Origin: an uncultured Proteiniphilum sp.
Lineage (GTDB): Bacteria; Bacteroidota; Bacteroidia; Bacteroidales; Dysgonomonadaceae
DNA: 64,000 nucleotides
Assembly: GCA_927407015.1 (NCBI GenBank)
Contig: CAKMJT010000006.1
Location: 2,153 to 66,152 of the forward strand
Direction of reading: 5' to 3'
In this document: positions 40,580 through 49,421 of the stretch, one piece after another
Layout: the number at the start of each line of letters is the position of its first letter
Numbering within the stretch: the stretch's first letter is position 1
Program-made: the position numbers and the translations under genes
Notes under the pieces: generated by a model
What the model was told of the DNA's origin: nothing
The model's database searches: none
What the model saw: only the letters and a program-made list of their open reading frames with translations

Positions 40580-41986
40580 ATGAAACATATCTTACTGATT
40601 ATTCTTGCTTCTGTGTTTATGCTCTTCTCTTGCAGTAAAGAAGAGGGTGACACCCCGTATGTACCTGTGGAGGAAATTTCGTCAGTGCAAACCGATCTTT
40701 TTCCGGACAAAGAAACCAAAAAGGTTTCAACATTACTGAATTTTAAAAATCTGGAAAAAATTGATTACTTGCTTGTTTCAATGAGTGGGGGACCAAGCTA
40801 TTCGGAAAAGATTGATCAAAGCAAATTGTCAAACCCCTATTTATATAGCTATACCATCCGGCAATCGGATCCGGAATTCTTCAGACTCATCTTAAAGGCA
40901 GTTTACAAGGACGGCAACGTATCCAGGGATTTTTCTCTGAATATCGACAACAGGTGGGGGTTCTTTGTCAGAAAAGTAGAGCGGATAGCACGTGTAACCG
41001 GAGCACCTATGGCTGGAGAACAATTTCCCAGTCCGAACAATACACCACTGAATTGGAACGTAGGTGGCACAGATCTGGGTATCATTTGGGAGATGCAACC
41101 CGGAAAATATGGTATCTTTTTTGGGGATACTTTCGGGCGCGATTTTAAACCCGATCCTTCCAATCCGGGACCGAACGGAAGTAACTGGAGGAGCAATGTA
41201 CTGGCATTCTCGAGTGATCAGATCCTGGAGGACGGGTTGTCCTTCAGCAGCATGGCGACGGATGAAGGGGGGGATGCCCGTGAAATCATTTACGGAGGGA
41301 AAGACACTTCGGGTAACGGCGACTGGACCTCCATTCCAACGGCAGCTGTCAGAGCCAATGGTTTCGACTACGTACACTATTTCAACATCAGAAACTGGAC
41401 TGGTTGGGTCACCAATTATTCAGGATTCTACAAGTCGGCTGACAACGGCCAAAGCTGGACTCCTTGTGAAAATATCTCCTTCTCATCTACAAGTCACTTT
41501 GGTCAGGCCGGATTTTTCAAAAAGGACTCGTTTGTATACATGATAGGCACAGAGACTGGTAGAGACAGTAAAGCTTATCTGGCACGGTTTAAAGAAATGG
41601 ATATCGAAAAGAGGGAAAATTATGAATACTGGAATAGTCATGCCGGTGAATGGATGCGAGGTAATGAGCAGCTGGCAACAGTGCTGATTGATGACAAGGT
41701 AGGAGAGTTATCCTTTCTCTACAATGAAACGCTGCAAAAGTGGATTGTGGCTTATTTCAACGGTGACCGGTATAACATCACCATGCGCACAGCCGAACAG
41801 GTCACTGGTCCCTGGAGTGAACCATATGAACTGGCTTCCGGTAAAGATTATCCCCAGCTTTATGGTTCCTATTTTCATCCTTTGTCAGTCAAGGGTGAGA
41901 CACTTTATTTCACGATGTCGATGTGGATGCCCTACAACGTTTTCCTGATGAAAGTTCAAATGGCCGATATGGGTACATTTGAATAA
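40580..41986 (+). CDS. DUF4185 / glycoside hydrolase family 183-like lipoprotein (candidate endo-D-arabinofuranase) with N-terminal ~120-aa extra domain
   Basis: Lipobox 'FMLFSC' followed by SKEEG. The body has 'NWNVGGTDLGIIWEM..GKYGIFFGDTFG', 'NWRSNVLAFS', 'WTSIPTAAV', 'YKSADNGQSWT', 'YEYWN', 'GELSFLYNETLQKWIVAYF', 'TGPWSEPYEL' and 'YPQLYGSYFHP'. This is the DUF4185 pattern as I remember it. Confidence 0.75.
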   Translation: MKHILLIILASVFMLFSCSKEEGDTPYVPVEEISSVQTDLFPDKETKKVSTLLNFKNLEKIDYLLVSMSGGPSYSEKIDQSKLSNPYLYSYTIRQSDPEFFRLILKAVYKDGNVSRDFSLNIDNRWGFFVRKVERIARVTGAPMAGEQFPSPNNTPLNWNVGGTDLGIIWEMQPGKYGIFFGDTFGRDFKPDPSNPGPNGSNWRSNVLAFSSDQILEDGLSFSSMATDEGGDAREIIYGGKDTSGNGDWTSIPTAAVRANGFDYVHYFNIRNWTGWVTNYSGFYKSADNGQSWTPCENISFSSTSHFGQAGFFKKDSFVYMIGTETGRDSKAYLARFKEMDIEKRENYEYWNSHAGEWMRGNEQLATVLIDDKVGELSFLYNETLQKWIVAYFNGDRYNITMRTAEQVTGPWSEPYELASGKDYPQLYGSYFHPLSVKGETLYFTMSMWMPYNVFLMKVQMADMGTFE

Positions 41987-42065
41987 CAGTAATCGATGTG
42001 ACCAGTAACTGATATGCCATCACAGCATACTCTCAATAAATGTTCCACCATGAGTAAATAGGTGT

Positions 42066-43133
42066 ATGATGACAAAAATGAATTGCATACTAATCATTTC
42101 CCTGTTAATTGTGCTGTTTCCTGGTGGCAACAGTCTCTCCGCGCAGAATGATGTGCGGTTGACGCACTTCACGGAGCATGGGAAATGGATCCTGCCCTCC
42201 GACAGTTTCCCGGCACTGCCTGTCTGGGGACACAAGAATGGAATCAGGATAGGCATTGCTCCTACTCCCGGGCCCAGGGGACTGATCAGGATTTATACTC
42301 CTTATCTGGGTCACCGTGAGGATAAGATGATCAATTTCATCGCCATGGAACCGATTGCACGGGGTGAGGATCAACGGGGCTTTTCCGAGCTGGAGATGAG
42401 CGAGTTGGATGGCGTCAGGGGTAAACGGTTTTGGAGTGGCAACACGCCTGACTGCGATGCTCCCTACTCCTCCACCTCACCGTCAAGAGGCCGCATTGAA
42501 GTGATTGATGGTGTAGAGACGCTAACCCTTTATATTTTTTCAGAAACCTTCCTGAATGGTGCCAGACCCTATGTGAGGATCAGGTTCTATGAAGACCGGC
42601 CTTATGAACTGGAACTGACAACCTATGTCTGCCCAGAATCCAAAGAGCTGGAGTATCTGATCCTAACTGCCACGATGGGGAATTTTGCAAGATTGCGCAC
42701 ACTCTACCTCTCTGACGGCGTGAAACGATCAATCGAACTGTGGCCGTCTTACAATGGTATTCATTTTACAGAGCATGATCTAACACCAGTGGATGCCATG
42801 ATCAAAGACGGCAAGGGAGGTGTCTATTTTATTGCGGAACCGGATGAATCCGATCCGGTGAATGTGATCTATGCTCCCGGCACCGGAAATAACTGGATAT
42901 ACTACGGGAAGAAAGCCACACAATACTGGTATGTCCCTGAACCAGATCCCAAAATGGTGGGGCTGGCAAACGGCAGATATACTTACTGGGCAAGCAACTC
43001 TCCCATTCCGGGGGGTGTTTCGTTTGAGAATTTCGAACTGAAGTCTCCCTTCAAGCAGGGAGAGAAATTTGTATTTGGTGTGGTGCCTCTCACTGCCAAA
43101 GAATTAATCAAACAGATTGAGAAATATGAGTAA
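42066..43133 (+). CDS. hypothetical secreted protein, 355 aa (no family recognised)
   Basis: Signal peptide MMTKMNCILIISLLIVLFPGGNSLSAQ. The last 8 nt overlap the GH116 ATG (ATGAGTAA). Confidence 0.7.
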   Translation: MMTKMNCILIISLLIVLFPGGNSLSAQNDVRLTHFTEHGKWILPSDSFPALPVWGHKNGIRIGIAPTPGPRGLIRIYTPYLGHREDKMINFIAMEPIARGEDQRGFSELEMSELDGVRGKRFWSGNTPDCDAPYSSTSPSRGRIEVIDGVETLTLYIFSETFLNGARPYVRIRFYEDRPYELELTTYVCPESKELEYLILTATMGNFARLRTLYLSDGVKRSIELWPSYNGIHFTEHDLTPVDAMIKDGKGGVYFIAEPDESDPVNVIYAPGTGNNWIYYGKKATQYWYVPEPDPKMVGLANGRYTYWASNSPIPGGVSFENFELKSPFKQGEKFVFGVVPLTAKELIKQIEKYE

Positions 43134-46100
43134 CAGAAGAACCTTCCTGAAAAAAATGGGACTGGGTACCTTGGCAGCAGCAGGTTACCCGGCGGTCACC
43201 CCGGCAGAAAGCTTGCTGGGTAGAAGAGCAACGATTGATAAATTGTCTCTGCAGCTTGACAGAACTGTAAGGAACTTCAACGAGGTATATGAAAATGAAT
43301 ACCTGAGCAGGGTGGCATTCCCGATCGGTGGAATTGGCGCCGGCATGTTTTGCCTCGAAGGGAGCGGTGCGATCTCCCATCTCTCGGTAAACAACCGGCC
43401 GGAGATCTACAATGCTCCCTATGCCTTTGCAGGCATCAGCGTGAAAGGGCTGAAAAAGGGTGCCAAGGTACTGGAATCGACGGTCCCCACCTGGAAACTG
43501 TTCGGTCCCCGCGGAAGCGGGAACGGGCTGGGTAACCGCAATTACGGTCTACCCAGGTTTTCCAAAGGCTCCTTTCTGGCACGTTTCCCGTTCGGGATCA
43601 TCAAGCTGCAGGACAGCGATATTCCATTCGATGTGCAAATTGTAGGCTGGAGCCCCTTTGTTCCCATCGATGAGGATAACTCCAGCCTGCCGGTAGGCGT
43701 ACTGGAATATTCATTCAAAAACAACAGCGGAGAGAGGGTAGAAGCAGTATTCTCCTACAACGCGCGCAATTTCATCGATGAGAAGGGTGTGATCACTCCA
43801 CAGAAGAACGGGTTCCGACTGACCAAAGCAGTTGCCAACGGAGGAACTCATCCTGGTGGTTTTGCTATCTACCTCGACGACGACAACGCTGTTGCTGACC
43901 ATTGCTGGTTCAGGGGCGGCTGGTTCGATGCCCAGACTATCTTGTGGGACAATATAAGAAATGGAAAGGTGGTAAACCATCCTCCCATTGATGGGATTGC
44001 ACCCGGCGCCTCTCTCTATTTACCGTTTCAACTGCTGCCGGGTGAACAGAAAACCATACGCGTCAATTTCTGCTGGTACCTCCCGAAATCGGATCTCTCC
44101 ATCGGGCATCCCATCGTGACGGGTGAGGCGTTTAGGGGTAAAACGACCCGCGATGCAGTCAAAAATCAGCAAACGGTTACCGGTTATCAGGGAGCGGGTT
44201 TGCTAAACTCCTTTGACCCTGCCGGTGATGGCCAGGTGGGCATCCTGATCTCACCCCCGTTCCAGATCAGCAGACGCTACCTGAAGTTCCTGATCGGAGG
44301 TGGAAACAAGAATGAACTCACCTCTGTCAACCTGGTGATCGGTGACAAAATAGTGGAAACAGCCACCGGGCAGAACAGCGAATTGCTGACCGAGCGGATA
44401 TGGGATTTGAAAAATTATCAGGGAAAAGAAGCCAGGCTGAAGTTCGTGGATCTCGACACTTACGGATGGGGGCATATCCTGGCGGATCAATTTATCCTGA
44501 CCGATAATAGTCAGGAATCGATGAGAAATCCTTCCAACAATGCAATCGTGATCGCTGACTTTGAAAAGGAGAACCTTGAAGGGTGGGAAAGAATCACTCC
44601 GGAACAGCTCAATATACCGGATGCGAAGAACCCCTACTACAGGCCTTGGTATGCAGAGCGGTTCAGTAATCTTGATGAGTTGGTAGGCTACTGGAACGAC
44701 CATAAAGAAAAACTGAAAACCCATTCTGAACTCTTCCGGGATGCCTTTTATCGCTCTACCCTACCGGCAGAGGTGCTGGAGGCAGTAGCGGCCAACCTGA
44801 CCATCCTGAAGTCTCCCACCATTCTGCGTGTTGCCGACGGCAGACTTTGGGCCTGGGAAGGTTGCAGCGATGACTCCGGTTGCTGTCATGGCAGTTGTAC
44901 GCACGTGTGGAACTACGCTCAGGCGATCCCCCATCTCTTCCCAGCATTGGAGAGAACACTCCGGGAGACCGAGTTCCTGGTCAGCCAGGATGAGCAGGGT
45001 CATCAGAACTTCCGTTCCAATATCCCCATCTCACCTACCTCCCACGACTTCCATGCAGCTGCCGACGGACAACTGGGGGGCATCATGAAGGTCTACAGAG
45101 ACTGGCGGATTAGCGGTAACACGCAATGGTTGAAACGCCTTTTTCCTTATGTGCAGAAAAGCATGGAGTATTGTATCTGCACTTGGGATCCGAAAAGGAA
45201 GGGTTATCTTGAAGAGCCGCATCACAACACCTATGACATTGAGTTCTGGGGACCCGACGGAATGTGTACCAGCTTCTATCTCGGTGCGCTGACCGCGATG
45301 ATTGCCATGTGCAAAGAGGTGATTCAACCGTTCGATCAGTATGAAAATTTGCTCCGTAAAGGGAAGAATTATATGGAAAATGACCTGTTTGATGGGGAAT
45401 ATTTCATCCAGAAAATTATTTGGGAAGGATTGAATGCTCCTAATCCGGTTGAAGTGCAGTCGTTCGGCGGAAACTATTCGGAAGAGGCCCTGGCACTGCT
45501 GAAGAAAGAAGGACCCAAGTATCAGTACGGCTCCGGATGCCTTTCTGACGGGGTCCTGGGCATGTGGATGGCATCGGTCTGCGGACTGCCGGAGGTGATC
45601 GGGGATGAGAAGGTGAAAAGTCATCTAATGGCAGTGCACAAATACAATCTGAAGAGTACCCTGGAAGATCATTACAATCCGCAGCGGCCCACCTATGCCT
45701 GTGGTGAGGATGGGGGGCTCCTTCTCTGTACCTGGCCGAAAGGAGGCGCCTTGTCGCTTCCCTTTGTTTACAGCAACGAGGTATGGACCGGCATTGAATA
45801 CCAGGTAGCCAGCCACCTGATGCTGAAAGGTGAGGTGGAGAAGGGGCTGGAGATTGTCTGCACCTGCAGGAAGCGGTACGACGGGTCGGTACGCAATCCC
45901 TTCGATGAATATGAATGCGGACACTGGTATGCCCGTGCAATGGCAAGCTACGGCATGTTGCAGGGCTTGACAGGTGTGAGATATGATGCCGTTGACAAGA
46001 CACTTTATATCGATTCAAAGATCGGTGATTTCACCACTTTCCTATCTGCGGAGAAAGGGTTTGGTACGGTATCTTTGATGAATGGAAAAGTGTCTGTCGA

Positions 46101-46161
46101 CGTCGTATATGGTGAAATAGAAGTGAGTAGGATTCATGTTGGAGCAACAAAAGATGATTGA
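43126..46161 (+). CDS. glycoside hydrolase family 116 (GBA2-type) enzyme with Tat signal and an inserted ~160-aa module
   Basis: The track start at 43117 is TTG; the ATG at 43126 gives MSNRRTFLKKMGLGTLAAAG (twin-arginine). GH116-N: 'AFPIGGIGAGMFCLEGSGAISHLSV'. Catalytic region: 'WAWEGCSDDSGCCHGSCTHVWNYAQA', 'NTYDIEFWGPDGMCTSFY' and 'NEVWTGIEYQVASHL'. Confidence 0.85.
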   Translation: MSNRRTFLKKMGLGTLAAAGYPAVTPAESLLGRRATIDKLSLQLDRTVRNFNEVYENEYLSRVAFPIGGIGAGMFCLEGSGAISHLSVNNRPEIYNAPYAFAGISVKGLKKGAKVLESTVPTWKLFGPRGSGNGLGNRNYGLPRFSKGSFLARFPFGIIKLQDSDIPFDVQIVGWSPFVPIDEDNSSLPVGVLEYSFKNNSGERVEAVFSYNARNFIDEKGVITPQKNGFRLTKAVANGGTHPGGFAIYLDDDNAVADHCWFRGGWFDAQTILWDNIRNGKVVNHPPIDGIAPGASLYLPFQLLPGEQKTIRVNFCWYLPKSDLSIGHPIVTGEAFRGKTTRDAVKNQQTVTGYQGAGLLNSFDPAGDGQVGILISPPFQISRRYLKFLIGGGNKNELTSVNLVIGDKIVETATGQNSELLTERIWDLKNYQGKEARLKFVDLDTYGWGHILADQFILTDNSQESMRNPSNNAIVIADFEKENLEGWERITPEQLNIPDAKNPYYRPWYAERFSNLDELVGYWNDHKEKLKTHSELFRDAFYRSTLPAEVLEAVAANLTILKSPTILRVADGRLWAWEGCSDDSGCCHGSCTHVWNYAQAIPHLFPALERTLRETEFLVSQDEQGHQNFRSNIPISPTSHDFHAAADGQLGGIMKVYRDWRISGNTQWLKRLFPYVQKSMEYCICTWDPKRKGYLEEPHHNTYDIEFWGPDGMCTSFYLGALTAMIAMCKEVIQPFDQYENLLRKGKNYMENDLFDGEYFIQKIIWEGLNAPNPVEVQSFGGNYSEEALALLKKEGPKYQYGSGCLSDGVLGMWMASVCGLPEVIGDEKVKSHLMAVHKYNLKSTLEDHYNPQRPTYACGEDGGLLLCTWPKGGALSLPFVYSNEVWTGIEYQVASHLMLKGEVEKGLEIVCTCRKRYDGSVRNPFDEYECGHWYARAMASYGMLQGLTGVRYDAVDKTLYIDSKIGDFTTFLSAEKGFGTVSLMNGKVSVDVVYGEIEVSRIHVGATKDD

Positions 46162-46273
46162 TCCAACTGTTTCCCTGATCAAACAGATAATTTCAACAAG
46201 ATATAATGGAGTAATCCAATAATTGTATAAATTTGTTCAAATTTAACTTAACGCACTAACTGAATTATTGATT

Positions 46274-47446
46274 ATGAATCTAAAAACATTTAATCTGACT
46301 CTCGTCGCATTTGCAGTGATTTCCTCTTCACTGATAAATGCCCAGAATCGTAATTTCAACGGTCTGGATATGAACATGGGTAATCTCTACCGCTTGTCCA
46401 ATGCAGAGACACGTTCAATCAGCCCGGAGAACTTTACCGGGGAAAAAGGAAAGGGAGGGATGGCTACACCCAATCCCAATGCACCCCGAAATGCCGCCAA
46501 TGCAACCCATGCTGCCCGTGACCTCGGACAGGGGTGGAAGGTGAACCCTTTTGTCACCATACAGCCGGGAGAGACCTTCACCATGGCTGAAATTGAGGGA
46601 CCCGGTGCCATTCAGCATATCTGGATGACACCTACCGGCAACTGGCGCTTCTCTATTATCCGCATCTACTGGGATGATGAGACCGAACCCTCCGTGGAGG
46701 TGCCGGTAGGACACTTTTTCGGGATGGGATGGAACGAATATGCCCATCTCAACTCACTGCCGGTAACGGTTAATCCCGGCAGCGCCTTTAACTGTTACTG
46801 GACCATGCCGTTCCGCAAGAAGGCACGCATCACAATGACCAACGTCAACGATGAACAGCCGATGAACCTCTATTATCAGATCGACTACACGCTGACCGAT
46901 GTACCCGATGACGCCGCCTACTTCCATACACAGTTCCGCAGGACAAAGGTGAATGCCACATCCAATTACACCATCGTGGATGGCATTAAGGGTGAAGGGC
47001 AATACGTAGGGGTATATATGGCCTGGCAGGTGAACAACAACGGCTGGTGGGGAGAAGGAGAAATCAAGTTCTTCATGGACGGGGATAAACAATTCCCAAC
47101 CATCATTGGCACCGGAACAGAGGATTACTTCTGTGGCTCGTATAACTTTGACCGTAACGGGAAATACGTTACTTTTACCACTCCTTATGCGGGACTGGTG
47201 CAAGTGCTGCCTCCCGATCTGACCTACAAGGCAGGACAACGTTTCGGATTGTACAGGTGGCACATAATGGATCCCATCCGTTTCAAAAAAGATTTGCGCA
47301 TAACCATACAGGATTTGGGCTGGCGTCATGGCGGCCGTTACCTGCCCCAACAGTCGGATATCTCTTCCGCCGTATTCTGGTACCAGACCGAGCCTCATGC
47401 TGCCTTCCCCAACCTTCCCACCTGGCAGGAACTCGAAGTCAACTAA
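46274..47446 (+). CDS. DUF2961 / GH172 protein (paralog b), secreted
   Basis: The track start at 46268 is TTG; the ATG at 46274 gives MNLKTFNLTLVAFAVISSSLINAQ. Contains 'GPGAIQHIWMTP', 'IIRIYWDDETEPSVEVPVGHFFGMGW', 'YWTMPFRKKARITMTN' and 'GTGTEDYFCGSYNF'. Confidence 0.85.
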   Translation: MNLKTFNLTLVAFAVISSSLINAQNRNFNGLDMNMGNLYRLSNAETRSISPENFTGEKGKGGMATPNPNAPRNAANATHAARDLGQGWKVNPFVTIQPGETFTMAEIEGPGAIQHIWMTPTGNWRFSIIRIYWDDETEPSVEVPVGHFFGMGWNEYAHLNSLPVTVNPGSAFNCYWTMPFRKKARITMTNVNDEQPMNLYYQIDYTLTDVPDDAAYFHTQFRRTKVNATSNYTIVDGIKGEGQYVGVYMAWQVNNNGWWGEGEIKFFMDGDKQFPTIIGTGTEDYFCGSYNFDRNGKYVTFTTPYAGLVQVLPPDLTYKAGQRFGLYRWHIMDPIRFKKDLRITIQDLGWRHGGRYLPQQSDISSAVFWYQTEPHAAFPNLPTWQELEVN

Positions 47447-47468
47447 TCAAAAAAACAATTTTTTTATA

Positions 47469-49409
47469 ATGCGTACGATCAAAACAACATTGCTTTTCTC
47501 AATCCTGCTGCTGCCAGGCATCACCTCCCTGCAGGGACAAAACAATCGCTTCCGCTGGAGCAGCGAACTGGAACAGCTGAAAAGAGTGGATCAGCTTCCT
47601 CTCTACAGAGAACGGCAGCTCATTGACCAGGAATCGAGTTACGACCGTACAGGCGGCAACAACGACGGCTTCTCGGGACATTACTCCTATATCCGCAAAG
47701 AGGGGGATAACCTCGTACTGGCCGACTTCAGGGGACCGGGCGTGGTGAACAGGATCTGGACCCCTACCCCAACCAGCGACACGCTCCTCTTCTTTTTTGA
47801 CGGCGAGAATCAGCCGCGGCTGAAGATCTGCTTTATGGATCTCTTTAGCGGCAAGGTATATCCCTTCGTGAAACCGGTGGTAGGCAATGAGATCGGCGGA
47901 TACTACAGCTATATCCCCATCCCGTTCCAAAAATCACTCAAAATCGTCTTCCAGGGTAATCATCTCATGTTCCTTCAGATACAGTACCGCAAGCTACCAG
48001 GCATGAAGGTGGAGAGCTGGACGGGCGAATTCTCCCACTCCGACAGGAAGCTGTTGTCGGAGGTGGCAGAACTCTGGGCCGACATCACCCCCTCCGTGGA
48101 GAACTACACTGCAGGTCTTTCTGAAGGTGCCGTAATGGAGGAGAAAACCTTCACCCTGCTGCCCGGAGAGGAGGTTTCCTTCTTTGAAAAGGATGGTGCT
48201 GGTCGAATCGTCGGGCTTGAAGTCGATGGAGGAACCGCATTCGAGGGTATATACAAGGACGTGTTACTGGTTTCGTCGTGGGACAATGAGGCGGTAGAAG
48301 CGATCTATGCCCCCGTGGCCGATTTCTTCGGATATGCCTACGGCAAGCCGGCCATGCGCAGTATCCTGATGGGACGGCAGGCTACCACCAACTACTGCTA
48401 CCTGCCGATGCCCTTCGATCGCTCGGCATCCATGAAGCTGATTTATAAAAAGAGGAAGGGAGTGAAACAGAACCCCCTGTCGGTCACCACGAAGGTCTAC
48501 TACAACGACAACGGACGCAACCAGAAGAGCGAAGGAAAGCTTTACACCCTATGGAGACGCGAGAAGCCGGAGCTGGGTGAGTTTTTCACTTTCCTCGATA
48601 CCAAAGGCAAAGGGCACTATGTGGGCACCATCCACCAGGCACAAGGTTTGCGACCTGGCATGACCCTCTTCTTCGAAGGGGATGACACCACTTACGTGGA
48701 TGGTGGCATGCGCCTGCACGGTACCGGTTCGGAAGATTACTACAACGGCGGATGGTATGCCTTGCTCGATCGATGGGATCGTGGTATCAGCATGCCCCTG
48801 CACGGGTCGCTCGACTATTCCCTGCCGATGAACCGCACGGGAGGCTACCGCTTCTTCCTATCCGACAAAATGTCCTTTGAAAAGGAAATCTATCATGGCA
48901 TAGAGCATGGGGAGGTAAACAACAACTTCCCGGTGGATTATACCTCGGTGGCCTTCTACTACGCCAACAGGTCAATGAGCAGCAGAATGGAACCAACAGA
49001 AGCATTACGCAAGGTCTATCTGCCCGACACCCATGTCTTTTTCCCCCAGCTGATGGAGATCACTCTTGAAAAAGGAATACAGGTGATCTTTGATAGAGGA
49101 CTGGCCCTCTCTTCTTTTGGAAAAGGAGCTGTCAGGGTGATGCTGAATGACGTGCCGGAAGGAAAATACCGCGTACTACTCAATTATCACGAGGGACCCA
49201 GGGGTGCCGACTTCCAGATATGGCAGCGCCAGAACCAACTCTCAGAATGGATCTCAACATGGAAAGAGAAGGAAGGATACCGCGAACGAGTGCATGTAGG
49301 CGATATTCAGCTCACCCCTCAGACCAATTCGATAACGTTACATGTGAGAGACAACGGGAAGTCGAATTTGTTTGAACTGACCCTGATCACACTGGAACGT
49401 ATCGATTAA
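47469..49409 (+). CDS. DUF2961 / GH172 protein (paralog c) with ~150-200-aa C-terminal extension
   Basis: Start taken at the ATG at 47469 (MRTIKTTLLFSILLLPGITSLQGQ). The track ORF's upstream 47 codons overlap the previous gene. Contains 'GPGVVNRIWTPTP', 'LLFFFDGENQPRLKICFMDLF', 'YSYIPIPFQKSLKIVFQ' and 'GTGSEDYYNGGWY', then an extra C-terminal domain. Confidence 0.8.
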   Translation: MRTIKTTLLFSILLLPGITSLQGQNNRFRWSSELEQLKRVDQLPLYRERQLIDQESSYDRTGGNNDGFSGHYSYIRKEGDNLVLADFRGPGVVNRIWTPTPTSDTLLFFFDGENQPRLKICFMDLFSGKVYPFVKPVVGNEIGGYYSYIPIPFQKSLKIVFQGNHLMFLQIQYRKLPGMKVESWTGEFSHSDRKLLSEVAELWADITPSVENYTAGLSEGAVMEEKTFTLLPGEEVSFFEKDGAGRIVGLEVDGGTAFEGIYKDVLLVSSWDNEAVEAIYAPVADFFGYAYGKPAMRSILMGRQATTNYCYLPMPFDRSASMKLIYKKRKGVKQNPLSVTTKVYYNDNGRNQKSEGKLYTLWRREKPELGEFFTFLDTKGKGHYVGTIHQAQGLRPGMTLFFEGDDTTYVDGGMRLHGTGSEDYYNGGWYALLDRWDRGISMPLHGSLDYSLPMNRTGGYRFFLSDKMSFEKEIYHGIEHGEVNNNFPVDYTSVAFYYANRSMSSRMEPTEALRKVYLPDTHVFFPQLMEITLEKGIQVIFDRGLALSSFGKGAVRVMLNDVPEGKYRVLLNYHEGPRGADFQIWQRQNQLSEWISTWKEKEGYRERVHVGDIQLTPQTNSITLHVRDNGKSNLFELTLITLERID

Positions 49410-49421
49410 ACAGCAGGATCA

